A stretch of 64,000 nucleotides of DNA from an uncultured virus (IMG/VR IMGVR_UViG_3300007871_000062) (IMGVR_UViG_3300007871_000062), one strand, 5' to 3'; shown: positions 16,911 through 27,380, counted from the stretch's first letter. Notes: generated by a model from the letters alone, not told the origin. Numbers and translations are program-made.

Positions 16911-17239
16911 TTTCTATTCCTTGTGCCAAAAATTGGGGGTCGTTTTGTTTTCCAAAGTGCGCGTACCGTTTGCGATGATTCCTTTAACATTACCTGTTCG
17001 CGCAAACCTGTAATATGCATTGCAGTATAACGTTCCCATATTTTTGGCGGTCGAAGATTATATACATAGACATGATTCTTATAATCAAAATGCATATACA
17101 GATCATGTAGCCAATCAAATGCTTTGGCAAAAGTGCCTACCTTATGATTACCACCTCTGATACGTATTTGATTTTTTGGAATACCGGCGGCTACTAAATA
17201 AAATCGCATTTCATCCAATAAGTTGTTTAATTCGTCCAT
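16907..17239 (-). CDS. Hypothetical protein
   Basis: Coupled ORF with GAGG RBS. Confidence 0.55.
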   Translation of the reverse strand: MDELNNLLDEMRFYLVAAGIPKNQIRIRGGNHKVGTFAKAFDWLHDLYMHFDYKNHVYVYNLRPPKIWERYTAMHITGLREQVMLKESSQTVRALWKTKRPPIFGTRNRK

Positions 17240-17537
17240 TTATAAGACCTCTTGATACTAGAGTTTGAAGTAATTCATCTTTACTTAGATTGGAATAATT
17301 TCTAACGCAATGATTACTTGCTATTCGTCTTAAAACCATAATACTCTGCGTATTAGTCAATTTAGCAACCCATATCTTCAGTTCTTTTACTTTCAATTTT
17401 CTTAATAATTTATAACATTCTCTTTTCTGTTTATCATTAGCATTATTCCAAGCCTCAATAAAATCGTCACTCGCTACAATTCTGTCTTGACAACGCATTT
17501 TCAATAATGCTAAATGATGTTGATGTTGTATGTCCAT
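17211..17537 (-). CDS. Protein with C-terminal Rho-N/HeH-like motif
   Basis: LRRIA....NYSNLSKDELLQTL; TAATG overlap with the polymerase stop. Confidence 0.55.
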   Translation of the reverse strand: MDIQHQHHLALLKMRCQDRIVASDDFIEAWNNANDKQKRECYKLLRKLKVKELKIWVAKLTNTQSIMVLRRIASNHCVRNYSNLSKDELLQTLVSRGLINGRIKQLIG

Positions 17538-19768
17538 TATTTTTCTGCCCAACTTTTAGCACTTTGGTTCCATTCTATTTTAATGAGAGGAATCTTCTCT
17601 CGAAATTCTTCTGTCGCTGCCATTACAACATCCTCCACTTTCTGTGCTAATTCAGGGACGCACGGTACAATAATTTCATCATGTACGTTCATGCATGAAA
17701 CTCTCCAAGAATGTACGCCACACGGTTGCAATTCCCATATCTTTTTCTGAACATATTTTGTTATATCAGCGCCAGTAGATTGAATTTCATGATTTGCGGC
17801 TGCTCGCATATTATTACCTTGAATACCAAATGCCGCACCAAATAAAGCACTTTGAACAGCACCTGACATCGTTTGCATTCGATCACGTCTTTTTACTTTT
17901 AGTCTTAATCTCTTCCAAATTTCGGGTGGATTTTCAGCAAGATCAAATAATGTTTTGCAAATCCTATTCTCCAAAGTGAAGTAACGTTTGAAACCCAGTA
18001 ATGATTCAATATAATCTGCTGGCTCTTTCCAAATAACTTGCGTTCCAATACCGGCCGGTTGCGTCATCGAACAAAACTTATCAATAATTCTTTTTCTAGC
18101 TTTTGCGATACCAGGATAACGCTTTCCGAAAGAGGTGTATGCTTTTTCCGCGGTCTCTTTATCAATACCAAGTCTACTGACTAAGGTATCAGCATCACCA
18201 CCATAATTCATACCAAAAACACCACGTTTACCGTCTGTATAATAATCCCGTACTTTTGAATCCTTTGATGCCATAACATCGTCATAAGACATATCAAAAA
18301 GTTCCATTGCAAATAAAGCATGAATCTTTTTACCCGCCAAAAGATCAGCCCTAAGTTTTGGATCTTTGTAAACCGCTTCCGAAATGCAAACCTCAAAAGC
18401 GTCGAAATCTCCTACGCCTAAAACAAAACCATCTTCGGTGAACGGAAAACAACTTCTCACTTCAGTAGTTTTTCTAATACCTTGTGGATTAAGACCGTCT
18501 GCTCCAGACATTCGAGAACTTTTTGTACCAATTATCTTGAAGGAAGCATGAAATCTTCCCGCAAGAAGCAACTTATCAAAGAGTTCAATTTCCTTTATCG
18601 CTTTGCGTGCATCAATTACTGCTTGTGCGCGTATTGCGGCTGGATGCGGTTCATTGTCTTTCATCCAACCCTCTTCACCCGGCGCACCACAAATTGATTC
18701 TAAAATCAGTTTACCTGTGCCCTTCATTAAGATAATACTTTCTTTTGAAGACATTACTTCATGTAAATATCCCTTTACACCATTTGGTGAAACGGGAGTA
18801 TCTTCTTTAGTGACAATGGCTAAATCTCTTTGCACTTTCAATGCTTCTCTATCAATACGAAAACCTCGCCATCTTACAGCACCAACCATACACGCTAGTT
18901 CTGAGTCCACATCACCCGGCTCAGGATCATCGAAATGGTGATATAGTGCTCTGGTGTAGTGAACGTCCTTCTCGGCATATTTTCTTGCTAATTTATTATA
19001 AGCCCAGTGCAGAATATGGTGATGAATCACCTCGGGCCATGCGCCATTCCATCTTTCTGGGCGACCAACAGCTAATGCGTAGGGCGCGTAACCTAATTCC
19101 CTAGGAAATACCTTTTTATCGATTTCAATATCATGAAACTTCAAAATCTCTTTTTCACCTAAAACGTGTTCGGCAAGTGTTTTCAACGCACCACTGGGAG
19201 CAAAACTTAAAACTATGTCCTTGAAGGCGGGATCAATCTCACCTTCCTTATTCTTATTGTCGTGAATACCCCACTGTGGACGATTCTTATCTTTTCTTCG
19301 TGCGAAATAAATACCATTTAATTCTATACGCTTCTCAAGTTCCTCTTGGAGTAATTGAGCTAATTGATTTGGCACTCTTCTTATTCTGATGTCTTTTCGA
19401 TTCATAAGACTCTGATAAGGCCCCTTTTTACTGTGTAACATCAGATCAATTACCGCTTTCGGCTTCAAACAAAGTGGACAAAGACGCGCTTTCTCTTCTG
19501 CTACCGCTATTTCTTCAATATGGTCTTCAGGAATCCAATCAAGAGGAAGATTTACAAAGATAGAGTATAGTTTAAAAATGTGGAACCAGTCGAAAGCTGC
19601 ATTAAAAAAGCAAAGTTCATTATTTGCAAACCATTCCAATAATTCTACCGTCTCACTGACAGGTTCTTTCCACACGTCAAACAATTTGATTTCACCGTCA
19701 TCTTCTGCGTATTGTATCAATACAGCTACACCGTGCAAACCTACTGATTCTACGTCGATGAAGATCAT
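17537..19768 (-). CDS. polA: Family A DNA polymerase with 3'-5' exonuclease domain
   Basis: FIDVES ExoI, FNAAFD ExoII, Y..KD ExoIII, GDFDAFE motif A, K..VFGMNYG motif B, VHDEI motif C. Confidence 0.92.
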   Translation of the reverse strand: MIFIDVESVGLHGVAVLIQYAEDDGEIKLFDVWKEPVSETVELLEWFANNELCFFNAAFDWFHIFKLYSIFVNLPLDWIPEDHIEEIAVAEEKARLCPLCLKPKAVIDLMLHSKKGPYQSLMNRKDIRIRRVPNQLAQLLQEELEKRIELNGIYFARRKDKNRPQWGIHDNKNKEGEIDPAFKDIVLSFAPSGALKTLAEHVLGEKEILKFHDIEIDKKVFPRELGYAPYALAVGRPERWNGAWPEVIHHHILHWAYNKLARKYAEKDVHYTRALYHHFDDPEPGDVDSELACMVGAVRWRGFRIDREALKVQRDLAIVTKEDTPVSPNGVKGYLHEVMSSKESIILMKGTGKLILESICGAPGEEGWMKDNEPHPAAIRAQAVIDARKAIKEIELFDKLLLAGRFHASFKIIGTKSSRMSGADGLNPQGIRKTTEVRSCFPFTEDGFVLGVGDFDAFEVCISEAVYKDPKLRADLLAGKKIHALFAMELFDMSYDDVMASKDSKVRDYYTDGKRGVFGMNYGGDADTLVSRLGIDKETAEKAYTSFGKRYPGIAKARKRIIDKFCSMTQPAGIGTQVIWKEPADYIESLLGFKRYFTLENRICKTLFDLAENPPEIWKRLRLKVKRRDRMQTMSGAVQSALFGAAFGIQGNNMRAAANHEIQSTGADITKYVQKKIWELQPCGVHSWRVSCMNVHDEIIVPCVPELAQKVEDVVMAATEEFREKIPLIKIEWNQSAKSWAEK

Positions 19769-20229
19769 GCTTCATATCCCCTAAAATGGTTAATAATCCG
19801 ATTTATAGTTACTTGACTGACACCATATTCTTCAGCTAATTGACTTTGGGGATAAGCAAAAGGTACATATTTTCTACGAATTTCGTCTACCTGTTCTTGT
19901 GGTAATACTTTTGGATTAGGCGTTAATCGTGCTGATCGATCTTTTTGACATCTGTCAATTATATTGTCTAAATTAGTTCCAAGAAAAAGATGATTCGGAT
20001 TAACACACGAGGGACAATCACAATGATGACATACGCATAAATCATTTGGTACTGGGCCCGTATGAAGCTCATAAGAATACCTATGTACGCGTAATTGCTG
20101 ATAATTTATTTGCAATCTACCGTACCCATCCCCGTCTAAAGCCCCTAACCAAAACCAACAGTCCGGAGTAATTTCTACCCGTGACCAAAATCTTATTTCA
20201 ATTTCTTTGGGGGTGTATCTACCACTCAT
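19765..20229 (-). CDS. HNH homing-type endonuclease with C-terminal HTH
   Basis: CWFWLG..GYG..VHRYSY..VCHHCD.PSCVNPNHL..GT..DN; QSQLAEEYGVSQ. Confidence 0.9.
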   Translation of the reverse strand: MSGRYTPKEIEIRFWSRVEITPDCWFWLGALDGDGYGRLQINYQQLRVHRYSYELHTGPVPNDLCVCHHCDCPSCVNPNHLFLGTNLDNIIDRCQKDRSARLTPNPKVLPQEQVDEIRRKYVPFAYPQSQLAEEYGVSQVTINRIINHFRGYEA

Positions 20230-20381
20230 CGGTACAACCAACTATACTCTTTTGCCAACTCCGGAAAAGATTTTTTAATAGCATCAAGAAGAAAATCAAT
20301 GTTTCCTCTCTTATCCAAACTATAACAAAAATCTTCTGATATCAATAATTCTTTAGCTTGTTTTTCACTTTCAATAATCAT
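20226..20381 (-). CDS. 51-aa hypothetical protein (not in ORF track)
   Basis: ATGA overlaps at both ends. Confidence 0.5.
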   Translation of the reverse strand: MIIESEKQAKELLISEDFCYSLDKRGNIDFLLDAIKKSFPELAKEYSWLYR

Positions 20382-21214
20382 ATAATATCTTTGACCGGAT
20401 TGTTATATTCCAAATCATGTTCTCTTGCGTAGATTTCAATATCACAAAACAATTCTGCACTATTTATTACTCCATTAGCCCACGCTAATACTCTCGTGTG
20501 CAAACCAAAGCCGATAGTATTAGCCATGTGGTCTATCGCATCCTGAACAGCAGTTGTCGTTTGCCGCTTTTTTCTGTAAAGATCATCTTCTGGCTTCTTT
20601 CCGACGGAAATACTTTTTTCGCCTCGTAGACGTGCATCTTTGATTTTACGAACAGCAGCATAACGCTTCTCATCACTATCAATTGCAAATAGCTCTCTAA
20701 TTTGATATTGGTTCAACATTCCCGCCGCAGCTTCAGCCTGAATGTCTTTCGGCAATCTGAGAAGATGAAGTCGAATCTGTACCCATGTTCTGGATTTACT
20801 CAGTTCCGTAGCAATTGATTCTTGCGTCATCCCCAATAATCTCAGGGCATTAACTGCATCAGCCTCTTGAACGATATTAAGTTCTTCTCGCTTCAAGTTT
20901 TCACTCAGATTTACTAATCTCGCCCTCAATTCAGTCAATCCAGATTTTACCATAGCTGGAATCACGGTTTCTTTATTTACCTTAAAAGCAATAAATCTGC
21001 GATGGCCAGCAACAATTCGATATTTCTTATCATCGGGCAAACGCTCACTGACATCACAAACAGGCTGTACCGCGATGGGAAATTGAAGTCCATTTGACGC
21101 AATATCTTTTGCAAGATCAACGACATCAAGAGGTAAAATCTTACCACGACAATTGAATTCATTATCTAAATAAATCTCATCCATCACGATATTTTTGACT
21201 TCATATTCACTCAT
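20378..21214 (-). CDS. ParB/Spo0J-family protein
   Basis: GLQFPIAV, YRIVAGHRR, ENLKREEL, TQESIATELSKSRTWV HTH. Confidence 0.9.
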   Translation of the reverse strand: MSEYEVKNIVMDEIYLDNEFNCRGKILPLDVVDLAKDIASNGLQFPIAVQPVCDVSERLPDDKKYRIVAGHRRFIAFKVNKETVIPAMVKSGLTELRARLVNLSENLKREELNIVQEADAVNALRLLGMTQESIATELSKSRTWVQIRLHLLRLPKDIQAEAAAGMLNQYQIRELFAIDSDEKRYAAVRKIKDARLRGEKSISVGKKPEDDLYRKKRQTTTAVQDAIDHMANTIGFGLHTRVLAWANGVINSAELFCDIEIYAREHDLEYNNPVKDII

Positions 21215-22482
21215 TGTAGTGCTCCTAGAATATGTGAATATCGCTTAGGGCCAAGATGCTCACGCTCAGACCGCAGTTTAATATTCAATCGCCAAGAGAC
21301 GCCGTGCCTGTGATGAACACCATGTATCCACTGGCTCGGCTCAGTGAACGCCGTGAGGCTATTAAAAACGTACGGATCGCAAGCGACCCATGCTCCATTA
21401 AGAATAATTTCCCCATTCAAGGCGGCCTGTGTAGCCGCTTGATGAAAATGGCCGAAACAATAATAATTGATTTTACGATCAACAGCGGCATTAAGTGCTG
21501 CCCATCTTCGCGTCTTGCGCTCAATGCCATACCAAGGAATCCCGTTCCAAGACCTAATGTCATCACCGTGTGATACGGCAAAACCATAACCATCAATATC
21601 AAGACAAGCACTGTAAGAATCTGGAATATTAAAATCAACATTACTAAGATCAGCACAATGAAGTCTTGCTACTTCAGCAACCAAATAATCCCAGTTGTTA
21701 TGTGGTTGATGGTAGTCCTTTTTCACTGAGCGTCGGCCGTGATTACCAGAAAGATACAACACGTGTACTCGCGGAAAATAAGCGCATAAATCTCGAAACA
21801 TAAAAGCATGCATTTGGCCAACTATTAAAGCATTTTTGAAAGAATTTCGATAAAAACTGTGATCAGTTGCTTGATGAATTTCTCCAGAAATGTGATCTCC
21901 ATGCGCCAAGATATACAAATCGTTAAAAACATATTCGGAGAGGGTTTCTTGTGTGAATCGCAAAATTGTTTCTACGTACACTTCCGCACGACGCAGTGCT
22001 ATTCGCAAATCATACCGCTCCAATCCACCAACTTGATGCGGCAATACTACAGAATCAGCGTGCTCATCCGATAGATGCATAACTAATGATTCTCTAATCT
22101 TTTGGGAGTCCTTTTGCACCTTCGGCAATCTCGAAAACGGTTTAATCGGGTGAATAGTATTTTTCATCTCATCAACTAGGGCCTCAAAAACACCGTTTTC
22201 GCGTTGTGCGGCCTTGTATGCTTGTTGACTTCTCCTTGTTTCGTCTTGAAGGGAAATGACTTGGGCTTCTAATTTCAAAATCTTTTCATTAGTTGGATCA
22301 GCCTTCGGTTGGATGTTTTTAGGATCATTAATTAGAGCTTTAGCAACACCCCTTTTGACACTGCTGACAAAATCTCGACCAACATTATGTTTCAATGCGA
22401 TTTTACGTTGTGACAACTTACCGTCATCCAAATCTTTCTGTATGGCATCAATTACGCGCTGTGTCTTTTGTGTGTTACTCAT
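21211..22482 (-). CDS. Calcineurin-like metallophosphoesterase with N-terminal HTH/coiled coil
   Basis: SDEH, GDHISG, GNHGR, HGD, GHFH. Confidence 0.85.
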   Translation of the reverse strand: MSNTQKTQRVIDAIQKDLDDGKLSQRKIALKHNVGRDFVSSVKRGVAKALINDPKNIQPKADPTNEKILKLEAQVISLQDETRRSQQAYKAAQRENGVFEALVDEMKNTIHPIKPFSRLPKVQKDSQKIRESLVMHLSDEHADSVVLPHQVGGLERYDLRIALRRAEVYVETILRFTQETLSEYVFNDLYILAHGDHISGEIHQATDHSFYRNSFKNALIVGQMHAFMFRDLCAYFPRVHVLYLSGNHGRRSVKKDYHQPHNNWDYLVAEVARLHCADLSNVDFNIPDSYSACLDIDGYGFAVSHGDDIRSWNGIPWYGIERKTRRWAALNAAVDRKINYYCFGHFHQAATQAALNGEIILNGAWVACDPYVFNSLTAFTEPSQWIHGVHHRHGVSWRLNIKLRSEREHLGPKRYSHILGALQ

Positions 22483-22574
22483 TGTAGACAAAAGTACACA
22501 AAGAGGATTAGTATTGGTATAATCGTCAAGCCCAAAGCAAAATAAAACTCTTGGTTCGTAGGGCGGTTTTTCAT
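22479..22574 (-). CDS. 31-aa single-pass membrane peptide (not in ORF track)
   Basis: MKNRPTNQEFYFALGLTIIPILILFVYFCLQ; ATGA overlaps at both ends. Confidence 0.45.
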   Translation of the reverse strand: MKNRPTNQEFYFALGLTIIPILILFVYFCLQ

Positions 22575-22668
22575 GGCTTTTCCTTGAGGAGTTTGAGGAG
22601 CAATAAAATAAGAAGAATTAGCATAGACAATAACATGCTGATTTCGTAAGCATAAAGATTAAAAACAT

Positions 22669-22890
22669 TCATTCGCCTATACTGTTTAGATACTTCATAG
22701 CTTTCAGCAAGCGTGAATCTTCTTCTCGCATAACGGCAACTGCTCTTGCACATTTAGAACAAAAGACACCTGTTAATTTTCCGTTAAAATTATCAACAAA
22801 ACCTTGATCGGGTATGAATTGCCCACAAACAGTACAAACGAAAAGAGTGTCGTGTGTTTCACACTTCAAAGCATCTCTCCACTTCTCCAA
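22669..22890 (-). CDS. Zinc-finger protein resembling endonuclease VII C-terminus (degenerate)
   Basis: CTVC..VD...GKLTGVFCSKC..A...LLKAMKYL. Confidence 0.55.
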   Translation of the reverse strand: MEKWRDALKCETHDTLFVCTVCGQFIPDQGFVDNFNGKLTGVFCSKCARAVAVMREEDSRLLKAMKYLNSIGE

Positions 22891-25675
22891 GTGTTAGTGA
22901 TTGTAGTCTTCTTTTCTGTTGAAGATTCTTTAGAACTAGGTCATCCGTCGGAAGATGAATCAAATCTATAATCGTTGCACCACGATTAAGATCTAGCCCC
23001 GGTCGATGTATTCTATCTTCTGATTGAATCCTACTCGCCGCATTAAAATCATTACTGTAGTACACAATCGTTGGTGAAGCAGTTAGAGTCAAACCAATAC
23101 CACCGGATTCAGGATGCGCAATAAAAGCAACTTTCGGATGTTCTATTAATTGGTCCTGGAACAGGGATAATGGATCACATTCATCAATAGAGCAGTTCCA
23201 TCCACGACCATCAACCCGAATTGTTGCCCACCCATGGTCGTGACAAATCTGGACGATTCGATCCACACTCCCGGTGAAACTAGCGTATACCACGATGCGA
23301 CCACAATCGTCGTGCGCATCAAGCAAGTCCAATAATGCGGCGTCTTTCGGTGATCCAACATCTTCAATAGTCCTCTTGTACTTAGTGCATTGCCCACTAC
23401 CACCACAACCATCACAATCACATTTTTCTTCCGGTTCGATAGGATTAATCATTCGCCCAAGGCCACCACATACCTTACACGTCATTGTACCATCTTTGAC
23501 TTCTTGATATTGAAATCCGTCTGATAATTCACGAACCAATGTCAAACCACCAATTACAGTGGGTGACGTTTGAACCAATGATTTCGCAATCTGAAGTGTC
23601 TCTTGATCTGGTTTCAATACAATACGACGATAGATTTTATCTGGAAGATCGAGATGATCTTTTTTGAGTTGCACTAAAACCAAACCGTCCATTCGTCTGT
23701 AGAGTCGTGCAACTTCATTTTTTGATTCTATAAATGCATGATAATTATCAGCACACATATCTTTATCATGTACATCATCATGTTCAAGTTCGCCACAAAC
23801 AGCACATTTACATTCATCGTCTAACCATGTTTGAAGATGTGGATAGACACCACCACCTTGGAAAGTTTCGCGTTGAATAACAACAGCAAGACTTCTTTTG
23901 AACTTATGGATGTCACCCTCTTTTAGAAAACCTGGACAACCTACTTCGCAATTATGTGCTAAAAAACCATTAGCAGCAAAAGCATGTACCTTGGGTACGT
24001 TGATATCAAAGACGTCATCTGTTTTTGAATAAGTAATATCTTTTACAGTTACAAATCTTCTTAGCCAGTTGTGTCTATTTTCAATACGCTTGTGTAGCGT
24101 TTTAATTTTCTTTTGATGATGAAAACCTATTCGCTCCTCAAAGTGAATAGCGTCTATATTTGTGACGAAAAGAATATAATTGATTTCAGCACTATTTATT
24201 TTACGCCCTTCGATACAAGAAGAACTTTTCTTTTTAACACAGATGTTAGATTGAATACCAAAATAAGTTAACATTCTTTGTACAGTGTAAATGCGATTTC
24301 TATCAGTTTGACTTAATGTTATACGCAAACGACTCTTTTCAGCGTGGCCATCAGCGTCAAAAAATCCTCTTAAAAATCCCCGCATACAATCACTTGAAAT
24401 CGAAGATTCGAAAAATGGAGTTATTTTCTTTTTATTATCAAAACCAAATTCACGAACAAGTTCTGTTATGTAATTGTCGTGTATTTGCCACGGATTATTA
24501 CCAGTGATATTAAAGTCAGAAGGAAAATAATCTTTCAAAATTTCGATTAAATGATAATCTTCTTCAAAAAATTGTAACCTTCCGTAATAATTATTTCCTT
24601 TTTTGTAAATGTTACCGTCACCAAATAATAATCCAAGAATATAACCGTCCCCAAAAGTACCACAACCGTCCCAATTAAAGTCACTGTAATTAGCTAACTG
24701 TAATGAATCTCCGAGTTTCAAATCTTTCAATTCACACCATTCGCCATTAGATTTTCGAAATTTATGGTCCGAAGTTGCTTCTACAGAGTATCCCTCTTTT
24801 GTTTTTAATTTGTATAGTTTTCTAGTTCCAGTTTTGAAAAATCCGTTCGTTTGATAGTTTTGACCTTGTACTCGAATACCAATTGGCTGTGAAATTAGTT
24901 CCCGAATTTGCTTCGGTCCATCTAAAGTAAGAGTCCAAGTGTCCTTAGAAAAACATTGATGCCACCAATCAGAGGGCGCTTTGGGAGCAGGTGAACCAGA
25001 CATAAGAATCACAAACCCTGAATCACCCCAATCTTGACGTACCCCATTCGCTAGCATCATTGCAGCTTGACTTCGTTGAGTGGTAGGCGTCTTGATTTTT
25101 TGTGATTCATCGAAGACAACAAAATCAGGAGCTGTGTCACCGGCTTTCCAATTCTTTATTACATTAGTCATTTTCTCATAAGTCATCATTTTGATGTCTA
25201 AATCAAAGTTCCAAACATCAAACTCGCGTTCAACGGCTCTGATTCCAGATTTTGGTGCAACATACCAAATATCTTTACAACCAGAACGTTCCATTGTTTC
25301 GATAACACATAAAGTCTTTCCGACTCCCATTTCGCCCGCAAGAACACAATAATGACGACTCAACAAAAAGTCAGCAGCGTCCTTTTGATGTTCATAAAGA
25401 GGACGGACATATTGTTGCTTGATGATTTCTTTATCAAAAGGAGCATAGGGATCTTTACCTTGGAGATAATCAAGTTGAAAAGCATTATGTGCATTGTCAG
25501 TAATAGACCAAACCTTGCGCGGAGGATCTTCAAAGCCGTGCCATTTAGCACCCGACATAGCTTTGATTTCTGCAATCAAAGCTCTCGAGAATTTGAACTG
25601 TACAAAGATGCGGCCATCTTTATAAGTAAGAGAAGCAGGCAAACGATATTTGCCCGCACGTAGCTTGACTTCCAT
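22859..25675 (-). CDS. SNF2-like SF2 helicase containing an intein
   Basis: GEMGVGKT, DESQ, MSGSP, GGIGLTL, QSEDRIHR. Confidence 0.92.
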   Translation of the reverse strand: MEVKLRAGKYRLPASLTYKDGRIFVQFKFSRALIAEIKAMSGAKWHGFEDPPRKVWSITDNAHNAFQLDYLQGKDPYAPFDKEIIKQQYVRPLYEHQKDAADFLLSRHYCVLAGEMGVGKTLCVIETMERSGCKDIWYVAPKSGIRAVEREFDVWNFDLDIKMMTYEKMTNVIKNWKAGDTAPDFVVFDESQKIKTPTTQRSQAAMMLANGVRQDWGDSGFVILMSGSPAPKAPSDWWHQCFSKDTWTLTLDGPKQIRELISQPIGIRVQGQNYQTNGFFKTGTRKLYKLKTKEGYSVEATSDHKFRKSNGEWCELKDLKLGDSLQLANYSDFNWDGCGTFGDGYILGLLFGDGNIYKKGNNYYGRLQFFEEDYHLIEILKDYFPSDFNITGNNPWQIHDNYITELVREFGFDNKKKITPFFESSISSDCMRGFLRGFFDADGHAEKSRLRITLSQTDRNRIYTVQRMLTYFGIQSNICVKKKSSSCIEGRKINSAEINYILFVTNIDAIHFEERIGFHHQKKIKTLHKRIENRHNWLRRFVTVKDITYSKTDDVFDINVPKVHAFAANGFLAHNCEVGCPGFLKEGDIHKFKRSLAVVIQRETFQGGGVYPHLQTWLDDECKCAVCGELEHDDVHDKDMCADNYHAFIESKNEVARLYRRMDGLVLVQLKKDHLDLPDKIYRRIVLKPDQETLQIAKSLVQTSPTVIGGLTLVRELSDGFQYQEVKDGTMTCKVCGGLGRMINPIEPEEKCDCDGCGGSGQCTKYKRTIEDVGSPKDAALLDLLDAHDDCGRIVVYASFTGSVDRIVQICHDHGWATIRVDGRGWNCSIDECDPLSLFQDQLIEHPKVAFIAHPESGGIGLTLTASPTIVYYSNDFNAASRIQSEDRIHRPGLDLNRGATIIDLIHLPTDDLVLKNLQQKRRLQSLTLGEVERCFEV
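23951..24955 (-). mobile_element. 335-aa intein with LAGLIDADG homing endonuclease
   Basis: Q|CFSKDT...ATSDH...LGLLFGDG...LRGFFDADG...FLAHN|C. Confidence 0.95.
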
Positions 25676-25812
25676 TTTTACTCCTCAATAAAACAGGTTA
25701 CTGTGTCTTTTGCTGTCGCCGGTTATTTCTCCGCTACTAAACACACCCGTGGAATTATCCCGCCTTGGAGGAAGCTACCGAAATACCGCCTCCGCCCTCA
25801 CCTGTTTGTACT

Positions 25813-26124
25813 TCAGCTTCCAAAATCCAGCTTCCATTGTATAGGATTATTACCGCGAGATGACAAAAAGACGATTATATTATTTTTTTGACCGACATCA
25901 AGTCGATAAAATTCACCCTTGTCTTCTTCAGCTATGCTTTTTATTAAAGCTGCTATCGTCGGTTCAAAAAACATACAATCAAAATCCTTTTTATTGTCAA
26001 CATCCTGGATTTCAAAAGCACAATACAATACTGCATCAGTATCAATTGGTTCATTCAATTCTGTAAAACCAGCCGCAAGACATCGCTCTCTGAATTTGGT
26101 TCGATACTTACCAAGGTCGATCAT
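25813..26124 (-). CDS. Hypothetical protein
   Basis: AAGGAG RBS. Confidence 0.6.
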   Translation of the reverse strand: MIDLGKYRTKFRERCLAAGFTELNEPIDTDAVLYCAFEIQDVDNKKDFDCMFFEPTIAALIKSIAEEDKGEFYRLDVGQKNNIIVFLSSRGNNPIQWKLDFGS

Positions 26125-26140
26125 GTTTGTACTCCTTTTC

Positions 26141-26671
26141 TTATGCTTTGTACTCTAATAGTAATGTGCCGTCTTCTCTGATTTTACGATCATAATTCGC
26201 AAAAATATTTTTCAAACCCAATTGAAAAAAGAACTCCAGGAGAGTTTTTCCAATCCAACGTAGTTCTGCGTTCTTAAAACGGCAGATGTCTATCGTTGCA
26301 AGTTTCCACTCACCTAGAGTTCCTGTAAGTAAAACAACACGACCCACTTTTGCTTTTGCCGATACACCGTGTAAGTTCGTTGATTCCAGTAACTTAAAAA
26401 TAGTCACAGCCGTACTTTTTACTAAAAAGCCAAACGTCAAGTGATTGAGTAACAAATTTGCATCACGCAATACGTCAATGGGATTGGCGGTATCATTGGT
26501 ATGAAACTCCTGTACAGTAGTCAAGAATCTTGCATAAATACTCAATTTTTGACCGCTCTCATCAATACTACGTGTAAAATTATGTCCAATGTAATCTGAG
26601 GCGTCTTTAAGAAAAACATCCCACGCTATGTGCGGAATTATCACTGGTGTCACGCTAGATTTATTGGACAT
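26141..26671 (-). CDS. Hypothetical protein, possibly a degenerate ThyX-like fold
   Basis: LNHLTFGF and LTGTLGEW..ELR.I resemble ThyX flanking motifs; no RHR-x7-S seen. Confidence 0.4.
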   Translation of the reverse strand: MSNKSSVTPVIIPHIAWDVFLKDASDYIGHNFTRSIDESGQKLSIYARFLTTVQEFHTNDTANPIDVLRDANLLLNHLTFGFLVKSTAVTIFKLLESTNLHGVSAKAKVGRVVLLTGTLGEWKLATIDICRFKNAELRWIGKTLLEFFFQLGLKNIFANYDRKIREDGTLLLEYKA

Positions 26672-26723
26672 GAAGTTAGACGTAGTAAGAGTAGGAGTTT
26701 CTACTTGCTCATTTAAGCACTAA

Positions 26724-27365
26724 TTAACGTTCACGTGTATCGTCATCAGCAATTTCGACCTCATCTGCTACTGGATGTTTGAATTTATTAATCATTTCCG
26801 AAATGATTTTCAAATCAGGAAGGTCCATCGGAGTTGAACACGGCGTTACAATAGGGCCATGCCACTTGTATTTAGATGCTGGCGGATCAATCAACTTACA
26901 CTTAAAGGTAGCGGCAGAACCAATAAGTAGCTTAATGGTGCCTTTTGCTTCGCGTCGCGATGTCTTACTCGACGCAAAGTACGTAGCAAAAGTCTCATTA
27001 CTAGGGATATATACTAAGAATTCAGGACCAAACATACAACCCGAATCTTGTACAAAAGATTGCTCACGGATTGCGTTAAAGGTTTCACTGCGAACGTCAT
27101 GATTGGTAATAATGCCGTCATTATCAATTTGGAGAGCTTTTGCGCGATAAGCAAGAATAACAAGATCGACTTCTTCACCCAAATCAATGATAACATCATC
27201 GTTAACAAGACCCCAATGGCCGATGCTGATTTTACCCTCAGCACAAGCATCCGATTTACTACCAAATAACTGTAATCGCGTGAGATAAGCATCGCCACTA
27301 GATGTGACTTCATCAAAATCAACAAGTTCACCGCCGGTAATGTCTTTAGGAATGAGTTCGTTCAT
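26724..27365 (-). CDS. Putative ssDNA-binding/annealing protein
   Basis: Position in replication operon, acidic C-terminus; inference only. Confidence 0.4.
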   Translation of the reverse strand: MNELIPKDITGGELVDFDEVTSSGDAYLTRLQLFGSKSDACAEGKISIGHWGLVNDDVIIDLGEEVDLVILAYRAKALQIDNDGIITNHDVRSETFNAIREQSFVQDSGCMFGPEFLVYIPSNETFATYFASSKTSRREAKGTIKLLIGSAATFKCKLIDPPASKYKWHGPIVTPCSTPMDLPDLKIISEMINKFKHPVADEVEIADDDTRER

Positions 27366-27380
27366 GTTTTTCCTTTTGTG

